This document shows positions 29,791 through 43,260 of a stretch of 64,000 bases of DNA, in pieces. The translations under genes were made by a program, and so were the position numbers. The notes under the pieces were generated by a model that saw only the letters and a program-made list of their open reading frames with translations, was not told the DNA's origin and did not search any database. Within the stretch, counting starts at the first letter, position 1. Every line of letters begins with the position of its first letter. This DNA is from Octopus vulgaris. Taxonomy: Eukaryota. Where the stretch lies: positions 30,380,001-30,444,000 of the forward strand of contig OX597832.1 in the NCBI GenBank assembly GCA_951406725.2, written 5' to 3'.

Positions 29791-29937
29791 TCAAAGAGCT
29801 TGGGTAAGTGTTTTCTGCTATAGCCTCGGGTTGACTAGAGCCTGAGAGTGGATTTGGTAGGCGGAAACTGAAAGAAGCTCGTCGTGTATATATAGTGTGT
29901 ATATATATGTGTGTATATATATATATATAAATATATA

Positions 29938-30172
29938 GGAAGCACAATGGCCCAGTGGTTAGGGCAGCGGACTCGAGGTCGGAGGATCGCTTTTTCGATT
30001 CCCAGGTGGTGGCGATCCCTGCTGTACTCTTTCGCCACAACTTTCTTTCACTCTTTCTTCTGTTGGCCTGATCGCTTAGCCAGCGGGGTGGCGTCATTTG
30101 AAGGCTAAAACAATGCGAAGCGCATTGTGACCAGCGGTGTGTAGCAACATCTGGTCGGTCACGGTGATCACG

Positions 30173-30177
<5 letters not shown>
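29938..30177 (+). mobile_element. SINE family C (tail 1) inserted in the TA tract of a family B SINE
   Basis: Family B pieces at ~29800-29885 and ~30235-30270 flank it. Confidence 0.8.
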
Positions 30178-30216
<39 letters not shown>

Positions 30217-30377
30217 TACGTGTGTGTGTATGTGTGTTTCTCCCTCCATCATCGCTTGACAACCGGTACTGTAAGTTTAGCGTTTGCGCTTCTAAGGAAA
30301 AGATAGACAAGGAGGGACAAAAATAGAGAAATTAAAAGAAGAGAGTTTCAATTAGATGGTGTGTACATATATATAAT

Positions 30378-30423
<46 letters not shown>

Positions 30424-30472
30424 ATGTATGAGAAAAAGAAAACGGAGAAATTGACATATAGACATCAATTTA

Positions 30473-31281
30473 TTAGAACATAATACAACTCTGTTCAATA
30501 TCAAACTCAGTCTCACCTACAATTATTTCCATACCCATTTAAATCAATTTGAGAAATTATATTAAATTTCCATAACGAATACCATTAACTGGATATTTCA
30601 AAAGGGGAAGAATTTGATAAAAAGGAGCTGGGGCGACATTTTATTGAAAGGAGCTCGATTCCGATGTGTTGTTTGACCTTTGACTGAATCAAGTCTATCA
30701 AGGGTCAAACGCAACACATCGGAATGTAGCTCCTTTTTATCAAATTCTTCCCCTGTTGAAATCCCCAGTTAACGATATTCGTTATGGAAATTTAATTTAA
30801 TTTCTCAAATTGATTTAATTGGGCGCGGAAACAATTGTAGGTGAGACTGAGTTTGATACTGTACAGAATTGTATTGGTGGAAGCACTCCGTCGGTTACGA
30901 CGACGAGGGTTCCGGTTGATCCGAATCAACGGAACAGCCTGCTCGTGAAATTAACGTGTAAGTGGCTGAGCACTCCACAGACACGTGCACCCTTAACGTA
31001 ATTCTCGGGGATATTCAGCGTGACACAGAAAGTGACAAGGCCGGCTTTTGAAATACAGGTACAACAGAAACAGGAAGTAAGAGCGAGAGAAAGTTGTGGT
31101 GAAAGAGTACAGCAGGGATCGCTATCACCCGCTGCCGGAGCCTCGTGGAGCTTTAGGTGTTTTCGCTCAATAAACACTCACAACGCCCGGTCTGGGAATC
31201 GAAACCGCGATCTTATGACCGCGAGTCCGCTGCCCTAACCACTGGGCCATTGCGCCTCCACAGAATTGTATTTCGTTCTAA
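30473..31281. mobile_element. Foldback/MITE-like element (~200-bp arms) interrupted by a SINE
   Basis: 30473-30680 pairs with 30700-30875 plus 31273-31281. Confidence 0.8.
30876..31259 (-). mobile_element. SINE family C (tail 2), full length with TSD
   Basis: ACAGAATTGTATT duplicated at 30863-30875 and 31260-31272. Confidence 0.92.
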
Positions 31282-31942
31282 CAAAATGGTGTCTATATTT
31301 TCTCGTACATAAATGATACTATACCCATATCCATCAATGTGGAGCTAACATCTTCGGATTTTACTGATACACTGGATAAAACCGGGGAACTTTGATGCTG
31401 TCGTCCCTTTACGAGGATTTATATCCTTAATTTAATTATATAGATGTATAAATTTACATGCATACGTACACGGGAAAATAGAGATTGCCAGAATATAGCG
31501 ATATATATTTATAGACGAACATAGCTGGAAATCTACGCGTGGATACGTGCGTGTGTGTTTGCGTGTAGGTCTGTATGGTGTTTATGTGTGTGCCAATATC
31601 TATGCATGTGTATAAGCGTATGTGTGTGTGTGTGTGTGGCAATCTTATCTGAAGCTAATTAAATTAAACCATTCAACAGTTGTTTGTCAATTCCACAGCG
31701 TTGTTTATTTAATATTTCAATGTTTACAGTGGATTACGTTGAACGGATTTGACAACATGCAATGGTGAATCTCCTCGTTATTAGGATTGAACATGTGGTA
31801 ACGGTGGTGGCGGCTGTGGTGGAGGAAGGAAAACATGTGGAAGCCGGGTCTAAATCCTGAACAATGTGTCCCTAGTTCCACATGTCTAACTGTAAGCGTT
31901 TAACAGAGTTAACCTCTGCACACAACAGCACAGACATGCGGA

Positions 31943-31978
<36 letters not shown>

Positions 31979-32185
31979 TTAATACATCAAGCCCGAGCGT
32001 GCTTATTTGCATCATCATCATCTCCCCTTACTTTCCCCCTCTCTTTCTCTCTCTCCCCCCTCTCCCCCTCTCTCTCCATATATATATAACCGGAAGGTTT
32101 ACGAAGATAAATAAAAGACGAAGGCAGGTGGAGTACAAACAAACAATTGTATTAGTATGGCGCTCAGGAATAGAAATAAAACAAG

Positions 32186-32223
32186 TCTTTTACGTTTCGA
32201 GCCTACGCTCTTCAACAGAAAGA
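32186..32223 (-). ncRNA. Minimal type-I hammerhead ribozyme motif in a ~180-bp element (~32095-32275)
   Basis: tcttt-CTGTTGA-A-GAGC-gtag-GCTC-GAAAC-GTA-aaaga: 5-bp stem I, 4-bp stem II, palindromic ACGT in place of stem III, GUA site. Confidence 0.7.
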
Positions 32224-32271
32224 TACACAGAAAAGAAACAAGGAGAGAAAAAAAATGCGTGTAGGGGCTAG

Positions 32272-32314
<43 letters not shown>

Positions 32315-33066
32315 CAGCCGAAATTGCAAAGATAATCTGGAACTCGACTGAGGAAAGAAAACTCCGAATGACCCGTCCTTGCTTTTTCTTGTCCCTTTTT
32401 TGTATCATCTGTCAGGATGTTTTTGCGTTCTTGTGCTATTTTTTGTATTCCTTTATCTATGTAATGGCGGTGCCCCAGCATGGCCACAGCCCGTGAGCTA
32501 AAACTAGATAAAATAACATATTAAAAAATGAAAAAAAATAATCTGTATGTGTGTTTATGTGTGTATATATATTTTATATATCAAGCCCAAGCGTGTTTAT
32601 TTTATTTGCATCATCATCATTACCTGTGTGTGTGTATGTGTGTGCGCGCGTGTGTGCGTGCGTGCGTGCGTGCGTGCGTGTATGTGTGTGTACTTTGTAG
32701 GACATTTACCTGTGATGAATCTTAACCGATAATTTGTATGAAGTTTCTCTTCTCTGTGGGATATCTCTGAGCGATATCACATCAGGGAAAGGTTTCTCTA
32801 TTCGCTGTGAAGCATCTGTGAGTGCACCTGTATTGCGTCTCGGGAGGGTCATTTTGCGACTAAAAACGCGCGCTGTACGTGTGTTACTGAGGTAACGAGA
32901 AATGAAGTGTTTTGCTTAGGAACACGATACGCCGCTCAATCCAGGAATCGAACTTGCGATCTATCGATCGTGAGCGCAGCACCCTAACTACGAGGCAAAA
33001 CTCATTGTGACTATAGTCTGGTCGATCACATGATGTATGTATATGCGTGTGAGCGCGAGTAAAAGT

Positions 33067-33117
<51 letters not shown>

Positions 33118-33142
33118 TATACATACACATTTATATATTCTT

Positions 33143-33521
33143 TTCTACTCTAGGCACACGGCTCGAAATTTGGGGGAGGGATCAGTCTATAAGATCGACC
33201 CCAGTATCCAAATGGTACTTAATCTATCGACCCCGAAAGGATGAAATGCAAAGTCGACCTCGGTGGAATTTGAACTCAGATCGTAAAGTCAGACGAAATA
33301 CCTATTTCTTTACTACACACAGGGGGCTAAACACAGAGAGGACAAACGGATTAAGTCAATTATATCGACCCCAGTGCGTAACTGGTACTTATTTAATCGA
33401 CCCCGAGAGGATGAAAGGCAAAGTCGACCTCGGCGGAATTTGAACTTAGAACGTAGCGGCAGACGAAATACTGCTACGCATTTCGCCCGGCGTGCTAACG
33501 TTTCTGCCAGCTCGCCGCCTT
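33143..33521 (-). mobile_element. SINE family A, dimeric form
   Basis: Core repeated twice, as at 40624-41036. Confidence 0.85.
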
Positions 33522-34220
33522 ACACACAATTACATATTGAAATATAAAGTTGAAAGGGTAAAAGGAATGTTGTGTCGTTCATTCCTTTTTAAGAATAGTA
33601 TGCGGACAACTTTTGTGAACTGCAGCTGAGTGTTGAAACGGGGTGGCTAAGGGGTTAACTCAAATGTACGGCTCAAATAAATCTGTAAAAGCTGATGTGT
33701 AGATTGAGAATAAATCCAGTTGATGGAAGAGAGAGCTGATGGAGGAGTGTGTTGTGTGAGACCTTCGTAATGAAATCTGCCTCTTTTGGTTAACACTCCA
33801 TTACAACTTCAGTTAAAGTAGGTGTGAGAAATAGAACAACGTGGAACCTGTTTTAAGTACTTGTAAAGCTGTAGACGAAATTCTTGTGTAAATTGTTATT
33901 CTTCATTGATGAATAAACGTCCATTTTAATCCCCCGAAATTCTTGCCATCCACACACCCCTATCTTCCTGCTGTCTCCGCTTCTCCTCTCTCGTTGCTTT
34001 CACAGCGACATTTACCAATTCTCGTTTACTTAATATAACCAATCAGATGTCCTCCTTCCATTGGGGTGCTTCAGTTAAATACATCGCTAATATGATTCGG
34101 TTACTTTTTACTTCTAGATCTATCCGACTAGAAAAATCTGTAACTGTATACACAAACACACACACACACCTGTGTGTGTAGCAAATGAGAGAAACAGGAA
34201 ATGGGATTTACAAGATTATT

Positions 34221-34328
34221 AATCACAACGATCGTTTCGACCCACCTTGCATCGATACTGCGCAGGTGAGTTACCACATAATTGGTTGTAGTGCATCCTT
34301 CGATGCAGATGTGTCCCTACAGGTGACT
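34221..34328 (-). ncRNA. Type-I hammerhead-like motif with extended stem II
   Basis: agtcac-CTGTAGG-GAC..TGCATCGA...TCGATGCA..GTC-GAAAC-gatc-GTT-gtgatt: 6-bp stem I, palindromic ACGATCGT stem/loop III, variant core. Confidence 0.6.
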
Positions 34329-34455
34329 TTTCGAAAGTGAACGTGCTATATTCGGCACACTACCAGGTGTACCCACAAGCTTTAATTAACTAAGAATACA
34401 TACTTTACGAATTTGTGTTGCAAGGTTCCTGATGTGAAACCGTGTGTTGAAACGG

Positions 34456-34842
34456 ATATTGTGATATTTCGGGACGGTCATTTTTTTTCGCCAAATAAAC
34501 ACACGCACTGTATATTCGTTCCTCACTCATTTATTACTGTTCTTATTCTAACTCATGTCCATTGTTCGGAAATCTTTCGTCACACATCTGTGACCTCTTC
34601 AGCGACACCTTCCGTCACCGTGTGTGCTCTTGCTCTACTTATTTTATTATGTTCTTCTATTACAAGAAATAAGTGGAGCAAGAGCACACACGGAGACGGA
34701 AAGTATCGCTGAAGAGGTCACAGATGTGTGACGAAAGATTTCTGGAAAATCGACATGAGTTAGAATACGAACAGAGAAGAACGAATATATAGTGCATGTG
34801 TTTATTTGGCAAAAAAATGACCATCCCGAAATACAACAATAT
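34456..34842. repeat. Imperfect long inverted repeat (~185-bp arms) with a hammerhead core in each arm
   Basis: Arms 34456-34643 and ~34667-34842. CTGAAGA-G-GTCACA-gatg-TGTGAC-GAAA-gat-TTC on plus at 34709-34742 and on minus at ~34602-34569 (stem I tcg/cga). Confidence 0.82.
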
Positions 34843-35298
34843 ATATATATATATTAGTCTGCCTACATAGTTCTAGCGGCCAGGCATCATTTTGGTTTGA
34901 AATCCTAGATGTACCCTATTACTCGTGCTATGTATGTGCGCAAGAAGCCGCGTCTATGGCGGCGACGTGATCGAATCTTTGGAGCTATTGAGGAGAATGG
35001 TTGGCGGCATTTGTTCCGCCGGGTTGTATTCAGTTGGAACCAAAATCGAATTCAGTTTTCGCGGATGGTGAAAGTAAGTTCAAAACCGAGACGGTGGATT
35101 GGAAAGGGACTGCTAAAGGACCTCAGGAAAGGGGCATCGCAGTATCTCCTCCGGTTCTTTGCGTTCAGACTGCAACATATGCACACATGCATTCCAGGCG
35201 ATGACAAAGGATCGACACTTTTAGCCATTTACTTACTGTGTGAGCTACTGTTTCTTCTCGCTCGTAGAATAGCCCGCACAATGGCGACACATTGACTC

Positions 35299-35333
<35 letters not shown>

Positions 35334-35731
35334 TAATAATAATTATTATTATTATTATGAGTTCAAATTCCGCCTGGGTCGACTTTACCTTTCATCCTTT
35401 CGGGTTCAATAAATTAAGTACCAGTTGCGTACTGGGTTTGATCTAATCGACTGGCCCCCTCCCCCAAAATTTCAGGCCTTCTACCTATAGTAGAAAGGAT
35501 TATTATTATTAGTAGTAGACGTAGTAGCAGTAGTAGTAGCAGTAGTAGTAATAGTAGTGGTAACACCACCACCTCTTTATAAACATCTCTAAAAGTCTTC
35601 TCCTTTGCATTCAAAAACTATCAATTTTTCATGCCACAATTCTTTCACAAACCAAACAACTTTAAGCATTTAAACACACTGTACAACTGTGGTAGGTATA
35701 ACATGTTGCACAGTTTAACACTATTGTGCGT

Positions 35732-35775
<44 letters not shown>

Positions 35776-36315
35776 GCAATTTACAAGTGAAGTACTTTCT
35801 TGAGATGAAATATTAAAAGAACGTTTAGTAAGGAAATGTACAATCAACATAATTTATTTATCAAGCTGTGGAGCCGCCTGTTCAGATCTTCACAATTCTC
35901 AAGAACTAATTGCTATTATTCTTGGTTCTGTAACGTTGTAACGTTTTTCCTGGTCATCATTCAAGTATTTAGCGATGGCAACAAAGATCCTGCAACTTCC
36001 TGTAAATTGCCATCAAAGTTATTCTTACCATTTCTCAAGCTTGCAACAACTTATAGTCTAGCATTAATCTTTCTTTTATAAAAGATATATGAAAAGAAAC
36101 TACAAAAAGATATATATTTGACTTCCACACGTCAAATGAGAAACTACGGTACATCAATAAACAGTCACATCACCCACTTTCTATAATAAAAGGACTAGAA
36201 AAATCATATCCAATAGAATATCAAGACTATCAGCGAATGAAGCAATTTTTAACGCGCATGCTCAGTATTGTAATACCGCATTGGCTAAGACCAGATTTAC
36301 AGAAAAAAAGAATTA

Positions 36316-36477
36316 CGCAGGAGTGGTTGTGTGGTAAGTAGCTTGCTTAACAACCACATGGCTCCGGGTTCAGTCCCATTGTGTGGCACCTTAAGCAAGT
36401 GTCTTCTACTACAGCCTCGGGCCGACCAAAAGCCTTGTGAGTGGATTTGGTAGACAGGAACTGAAAGAAGCCCTTCG

Positions 36478-36531
<54 letters not shown>

Positions 36532-36732
36532 TGAGAGAGAGAGTGTGTCTGTGTTTGTCCCCAACCATCGCTTCACAACCGATGGTGGTGTGTTTACGTC
36601 CCCGTAAAGCGGTTCGGCAAAAAAGACCGATAGGTATTAGGCTTACAAAGAATAAGTCCTAGGGTCGATTTGTTCGACTAAAGGTGGTACTCTAGCATGG
36701 CCTCAGTCAAATGACTGAAACAAATAAAAGAA
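36316..36732 (+). mobile_element. SINE family B
   Basis: Family B head, core and tail. Confidence 0.88.
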
Positions 36733-36899
36733 TATATGTACGATAGTGATATGGCTAATTCTAGGAGCTACGATGCTAAGGAAACTAAACTCCAACATAA
36801 GGACGCAAAATGTAACCAAAGAATCGAGGGAGACGGTCAGAATAAACTACGAATAAGAAATAAATGTACTAAAATAGGAACTGAGAATAAGGAATACTA

Positions 36900-37920
36900 A
36901 AAGATGGGTTTTAAGTATAACCATTAAATAGAGACACTTCCACACCGCATATTAGCAACAATAGACCGAGCAAAAAATAAATCTAATGTTCTATAGAACA
37001 ATCCTATCAACGTGTTACAAATATCATTTAAGGTTGCTAAGGAATTCTTTACGGTATAGGATAAATGTTTTCCAAAATCCAGTTGATATCACAAGATTTT
37101 TAACATCACACGGTGAAGGTATCATACGCAAATTGTTATAACCAAGAATATTATTCACATAAAATTAATTATAAGGAATTGAACTGGATGTTAAATAATA
37201 CAGTAAGAGAGGGAACAATAAAGAATAATTTATCTACAAAGGGCTGTGATAATAAAGAGGAAAAAGTCAAACTGTTTCAAATAATTACAATGAAATTAAT
37301 AGTATAAGCAAATACAGAGAAAATTCTGCCGACAGCAAATCTGGTGAAAATTCGAATGCTCATAATACTCATTAAAGCAGCAATGAACACAGCGAAAGCC
37401 AATTAGATCCACATAATATAAGAAAGAAAAATGATGGAAGAAACGCTAAGAATAGAAGAAAAAAGAATTACGTAAAAGTAAATATAGAGTACTAAAAAAT
37501 AATTGCATATGCAGGGACAAAAGTACATGTCCTTTACAGAACCACTGTATGTGTCGTAGCATAATATACAAATGCACTGTCAGTGGGTACAAGAGAAGGT
37601 GCATATGTGTGCATATAGGAGCATCTGCGATTTTTTCAAAAATTGAAAAGGTAGCCATGTTGCCACTGTCTGTAGAATTGATAAGAGGCATTCTACCTCA
37701 CTAGCGGATCTAATATAGAGACTAATAGAAGATGGAATAAAATAGAGTATTACTTGGACCGTAATATAGACTACGCACCCTTGTAATAATTTCTCTAGAA
37801 ATTGCGATCTATGCTCGGAGAAACCCCTGTGCATTTTATTGAGTGAACAGAACTTAATCAACAGATGCTCCGAAAGGATAATAAGATGAAACCAGAGACT
37901 CGGGTACACACTTTTACGAT
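36900..37920 (+). mobile_element. Degenerate Penelope-like element (thumb, linker and GIY-YIG C-terminus)
   Basis: TVKVSYANCYN, CPLQNHCMCRSIIYKCTV and WTVI..THPCNNFSRNCDLCSEK...NLINRCSE resemble PLE motifs. Confidence 0.7.
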
Positions 37921-38368
37921 AGAATACGGACAGTTAATTAATTATTGTGACTATAGTCAGCAAGCTTAATCTTTCTTCATATTTACATAAACTGGTGTAA
38001 CTTTTAACTATATGTACTGTGTTTATTTTTCGGAACCCTCTAAAATAGTGTAGTATTTAAATTGTGTGTATATGTATGTATATATTTATGTACTTGTGCA
38101 TTCATTATATGTGAGGACAGATCTATAACTCTGTACGTATGGCTCTCTGCATGTGCACATATGCAGATAGATGTATGTATGTGTATATAAGTGGATTGGC
38201 GTATGAGGGCATAGCTCATACCTGTATGTGTCCATGGAGCTGTATGTAGGTGTGTGTGTGTGTAGATATTTATACATGCATGTGTGTATATGTATAAATG
38301 TAGGTGTGTATGTGTGTGGATATATATACGAGTGTATGTCTATGTCTGTCTGAATAAGTGTGTGCATT

Positions 38369-38369
<1 letters not shown>

Positions 38370-38408
<39 letters not shown>

Positions 38409-38440
38409 TATAGATATATAAAACTATGCATCTGTGTGTT

Positions 38441-38476
<36 letters not shown>

Positions 38477-38510
38477 TATAGATATATAAAACTATGCATC
38501 TATGTGTTTG

Positions 38511-38545
<35 letters not shown>

Positions 38546-38583
38546 TATAGATATATAAAACTATGCATCTATGTGTCTGTATA

Positions 38584-38619
<36 letters not shown>

Positions 38620-38620
38620 C
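38370..38620. repeat. Three tandem units of (TA)n-GATATAGATATATAAAACTATGCATCT-RTGTGT
   Basis: Direct reading. Confidence 0.85.
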
Positions 38621-38957
38621 TCATACCTGTATGTATCCGTGGAGCTGTGTGTTTGTGTATATCAACATATATATCTATATTGGGAAAGGTGGGTGCGTGT
38701 ATCAATGAGCAAGTACGTGTAAGTGTGTATGTAGATATTCATATGTGTGTGTATGGATTGGTGTATGCGGTCGAAAGAATGAGTTGTAATGAATTAACGC
38801 TACGTTAAGAACTCCCAAGAACTGTCGCCAGACCGACGTGGAGACGAGGGGAATCCAAGACACAACGGAGAAACAGAAATGAAGAGTCGCAAACGATGTC
38901 CACTTAATGCTTTGTGTGTGTGTGGACATATGTATAGGTGTGTGTATGTGTAAATGC

Positions 38958-39030
<73 letters not shown>

Positions 39031-39198
39031 TATATAGATATATACGTGGATGTGCTTGTGTCATGTAAATATATATATTTATACGTGTGTTGGATATTGT
39101 CAAATGTATACATAGACATATATGTGGGCGTGTGTATATGTTTATATATATATATACACTTATATACACACAAAGATAAATATATATAGACACAAATG

Positions 39199-39248
<50 letters not shown>

Positions 39249-39290
39249 TATGCACATACACACACTCTCTCTCATACACATACACACACA

Positions 39291-39322
<32 letters not shown>

Positions 39323-39380
39323 TATATGCATATACACATATACTTACACACACACGCATGTGTGTGTGTGTATGGATATG

Positions 39381-39785
39381 CTAGATTGTTTCAAGGAATG
39401 CAATTAGTTGCCTTCGGACTATTCGTGCCATGACTTCGCTGATATATGAGGTCAGAGAGATAGGCCTACAGTTTTCAGCATCTGCTCCACTTCCTCCCTT
39501 GCGAATAGGGCATATTATTGCCCCCTTTATTTTCCCACCTACCACTACCAAGGAAGCCTTGAAAAAGAAGCTGCAGTGGTTTTGCAAGGGTTTGCTCACA
39601 TGATTTGCGAAGGGTTGCTGGGAATGCATCGCATCGGGGTCAGCAGCTGCGTTTGCGTTTACCTCATCTACGGCCAGAATTGCATCTCCTTAACGTCAAG
39701 GTAACCCTGTACTATCGCCTTCGTGGTTACAGGTGAAGTGTCAAAGAACTCCACTGGTTCGTTCATTTGCCTGTGTCCTTCCTAA
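39381..39785 (-). mobile_element. CR1/L2-group LINE fragment, same family as 27140-28808
   Basis: PIRKGGSGADAENCRPISLTSYISEVMARIVR. Confidence 0.85.
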
Positions 39786-39920
39786 GAGAGGTAGTGTAAT
39801 CACAGCGCACACGGCTGGAACTTGTGGGTGTAGCTGTTACGCTATCAGTACTTTTAGTAACGTGCATATATTAGTCTAAATATATTATTGCAACGCAAAA
39901 CAAATCACTTTCTGCTTATG

Positions 39921-39964
<44 letters not shown>

Positions 39965-40623
39965 GTGTGTGTGTGTTTTAAGTAGTATGGCTTTACCAAC
40001 AGGAAGAAGCAGATAATTAAATCCAAAAGGAGTCCATATCTTTTATTAGATGAGGAATTCCTTTACACAAAACCCTAAAGTATCATCTGCTAATAAAGCA
40101 GACTAGCAGCAAGATTATATATCTAAATCTAATTCATTAACTGCAAATAATACATAAGTAAGATATTGGTGCCACCAGACAGCTGACTGCTTCCCAAATT
40201 CAATAACTGCTGCCGTGATTATAGTAAATTACTATTCAGCTCATTAATCTTGCAGTCTCTCTCGCACACTACACATGTTTTGGCAACTTGGAAATTTCTC
40301 CTGGCAGTACTCACAGCAGCACTTATGTAATATTACAGTGCCCATATGCATAGTTAATGTGTATGTGTGTATTTACATAAGCAGACACACACACACACAG
40401 AGGCAGAAAGTGTCTAAATCTAATTTATTAACTGCAAGTTCTCCGAACACGCTGGTGCCATCGTACAGCTAACTCCATACATTAACAACTGCCACAGTTT
40501 GGTTGAATAAATTATTACATTTCCATCGTTAATTTTTATCAACAGTGAACATCAAACGAGAGAGAGTGTGTACAGGGGTACGCTGGATCTTTTCAAACTT
40601 CATCGAACCATAATTGGGGAATG

Positions 40624-41036
40624 ACCTAAGGTAATGCCATCCCGGCGAGCTGGCAGAATCGTTAGCACGCCGGGCGAAATGCTTAGCGGCATTTCGTCTG
40701 CCGCTACGTTCTGAGTTCAAATTCCACCGAGGTCGACTTTGCCTTTCATCTTTTCGGGGTCGATTAAATAAGTGCCAGTTACGCACTGGGGGTCGATGTA
40801 ATCGACTTAAACCGTTTGTCTGTCCTTGTTTGTCCTCTCTGTGTGTAGCCCCTTGTGGGTGGTAAAGAAATAGGTATTTCGTCTGTCTTTATGTTCTGAG
40901 TTCAAATTCCGCCGAGGTCGACTTTGCCTTTCATCCTTTCTGGGTCGATTAAATAAGTACCAGTTACGCACTAGGGTCGATATAATCGACTTAATCCCTT
41001 TGTCTGTCCACTATGTGTGTAGCCCCTTGTGGGTAG
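40624..41036 (+). mobile_element. SINE family A, dimeric form
   Basis: Two tandem core-plus-tail modules. Confidence 0.85.
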
Positions 41037-41933
41037 TAGCCAACCCGAGAGTCACATGTGAGACTCCAAATCTGACAACGAATATGAAAAGACATAAGGA
41101 TTTTGTGGCTATAACCCCCTACCACTCGGAGGTTGCCGGCTTATTGAACGTAACTGGGTTCTCCATGTTGTGCGGTGATAAAGGTCCGGCTTCTGGCCAG
41201 AACATGTGATCTATGACCAAGAGAAGGAACTGTTGATAAGAGGGCAATGACTGTCGAACATTTGTGTGACGTTGTTAATAATAACCCGCTTGGATCGTCT
41301 ACGACCATCACTTGGCAGCTCAAGGTGACGGACTCCCCTATCGGACATATGCTGCACTAAGTCATCTCGTATATACCAGGGAAACCGTGACACCATGAGC
41401 GCATCAACATCATGAAGTACCTGCGCTCTTATAGAATTTGAAGACCTGGACTGCTGCAGCTGTGATGGGCTGGAGAATCATCCCGACGATACCACGATGC
41501 CTGAAGAGGGGGGACTGATCCTGGAATATAGCTATCGCTGAGAATGTGTGTTTTGTGTGTGTATGTGTATGTGTGTGCGCATGCGCAGACAGCCATGAAA
41601 AGCACAAATATGCAAATTAGGCCATCAACTACGATGCAGGCCTAAATCACAACCGCAAATAAGAAGTTTGCTGATGCTACTAACTGGGAGGTGAAGCTGG
41701 GCATGTTTTCTCCGAGGAGCGGTCAACAAACTACGAAATGGTCCGTCGTGAGACTCCTTCACTTTTTCACAAATCAACAAAAGAGAAAGAAATGTTTACA
41801 TACATATTTAACCGACAGTGATGGCATTTAAAATATGTCTGAGCGTGTATATATATGTGCGAAGATAGATATACATACGTGTGCATATATATATATACAT
41901 GCCTATATGCACGTATATAAACATACATACGAC

Positions 41934-41995
<62 letters not shown>

Positions 41996-42026
41996 CACAC
42001 ACATATACATACATAAACATACATGC

Positions 42027-42066
<40 letters not shown>

Positions 42067-42134
42067 TTCCTCATTTCTTCTAATATATATATTTTTTTCT
42101 CTCCTTGCTTCTCTCCTTGTTTTTTTTCTGTGTC

Positions 42135-42172
42135 CCTTTCTGTAGAAGAGCGTAGGCTCGAAACAAAAAAGA
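42135..42172 (+). ncRNA. Hammerhead motif with mutated cleavage triplet, in an element (~42075-42255) homologous to 32095-32275
   Basis: ccttt-CTGTAGA-A-GAGC-gtag-GCTC-GAAAC-aaa-aaaga; the surrounding ~150 bp align with the 32 kb copy. Confidence 0.6.
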
Positions 42173-42251
42173 CTTTTTCTATTCCTAAGCGTTATACTAA
42201 TACATCTGTTTGTTTTGTACACCACCTGTCTTCGTCTTTTGTTTTTGTCAT

Positions 42252-42314
<63 letters not shown>

Positions 42315-42395
42315 CAAGGAAGAAAGTGAAGAAGATATTTAATAAACAAACATCAGCTTACAAGGTTACTAACCTCTAACTCATGTATATGTAAT

Positions 42396-42463
<68 letters not shown>

Positions 42464-42705
42464 TGTCCACATGTCTTTATTGTATTGTGTGTGTCTTCTG
42501 AACAGATTTTACATATAACAAAATACATTACTCACAGCCAGGGAAAATAGCTTTATATCGTTTGTTGAAGGATAATTTACAAGGTTAATTTACGGAGTTA
42601 ATTACTTCACATGGCTAATTCTGTTTTGGTCCCAACTGAATCTTGCCATTTACCCAATAAACGTTACACCAAATAAACAACATCTGTCTATTCATTTATC
42701 TATCA

Positions 42706-43090
42706 GGCGCATGAGTGGCTGTGTGGTAAGTAGCTTCCTTACCAACTACATGGCTCCAGGTTCAGTCCCATGGCGTGGCACCTTGGGCAAGTGACTTCTA
42801 CTATAGCTTTGGACCGACCGAATCTTTGTGAGTCAATTTGGTAGATGGAAACTGAAAGAAGCCAGTATATATATATGCATGTATTTGTGAATTTGTGTCT
42901 GTGTTTGTCCCCCACCATCGCTTGACAACCGATGCTGGTGTGTTTACGCCCCCGTAACTAAGCGGTTTGGCAAATGCGACCGATAGGATAAATACCGGAC
43001 TTACAAAGAATAGTACAGGGGTCGATTACCTCGACTAAAAGGTGGTGCTCCAGCACAGGCGCAGTCAAATGATTGAAACAAGTAAAAGAG
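42706..43090 (+). mobile_element. SINE family B
   Basis: Diverged full-length copy. Confidence 0.85.
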
Positions 43091-43219
43091 AATCTATGTA
43101 TCTATCTGTTTGGCTATCCACACACACACACACACACACACACACACCAATATCAGGACAATAGGTAATCGACTTATCCACTCCCCCAAAATGGCTGGCC
43201 TCGTGGAAAAATTTGAAAC

Positions 43220-43259
<40 letters not shown>

Positions 43260-43260
43260 T

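Noticed and set aside
31200-31259. tRNA genes at SINE heads
   Set aside because: A/B boxes are present but they continue into SINE bodies without a complete acceptor stem, and they are multi-copy.
32345-32380. CTGAGGA...CGAA hammerhead candidate
   Set aside because: Stems I and II cannot be paired convincingly and GAAA is incomplete.
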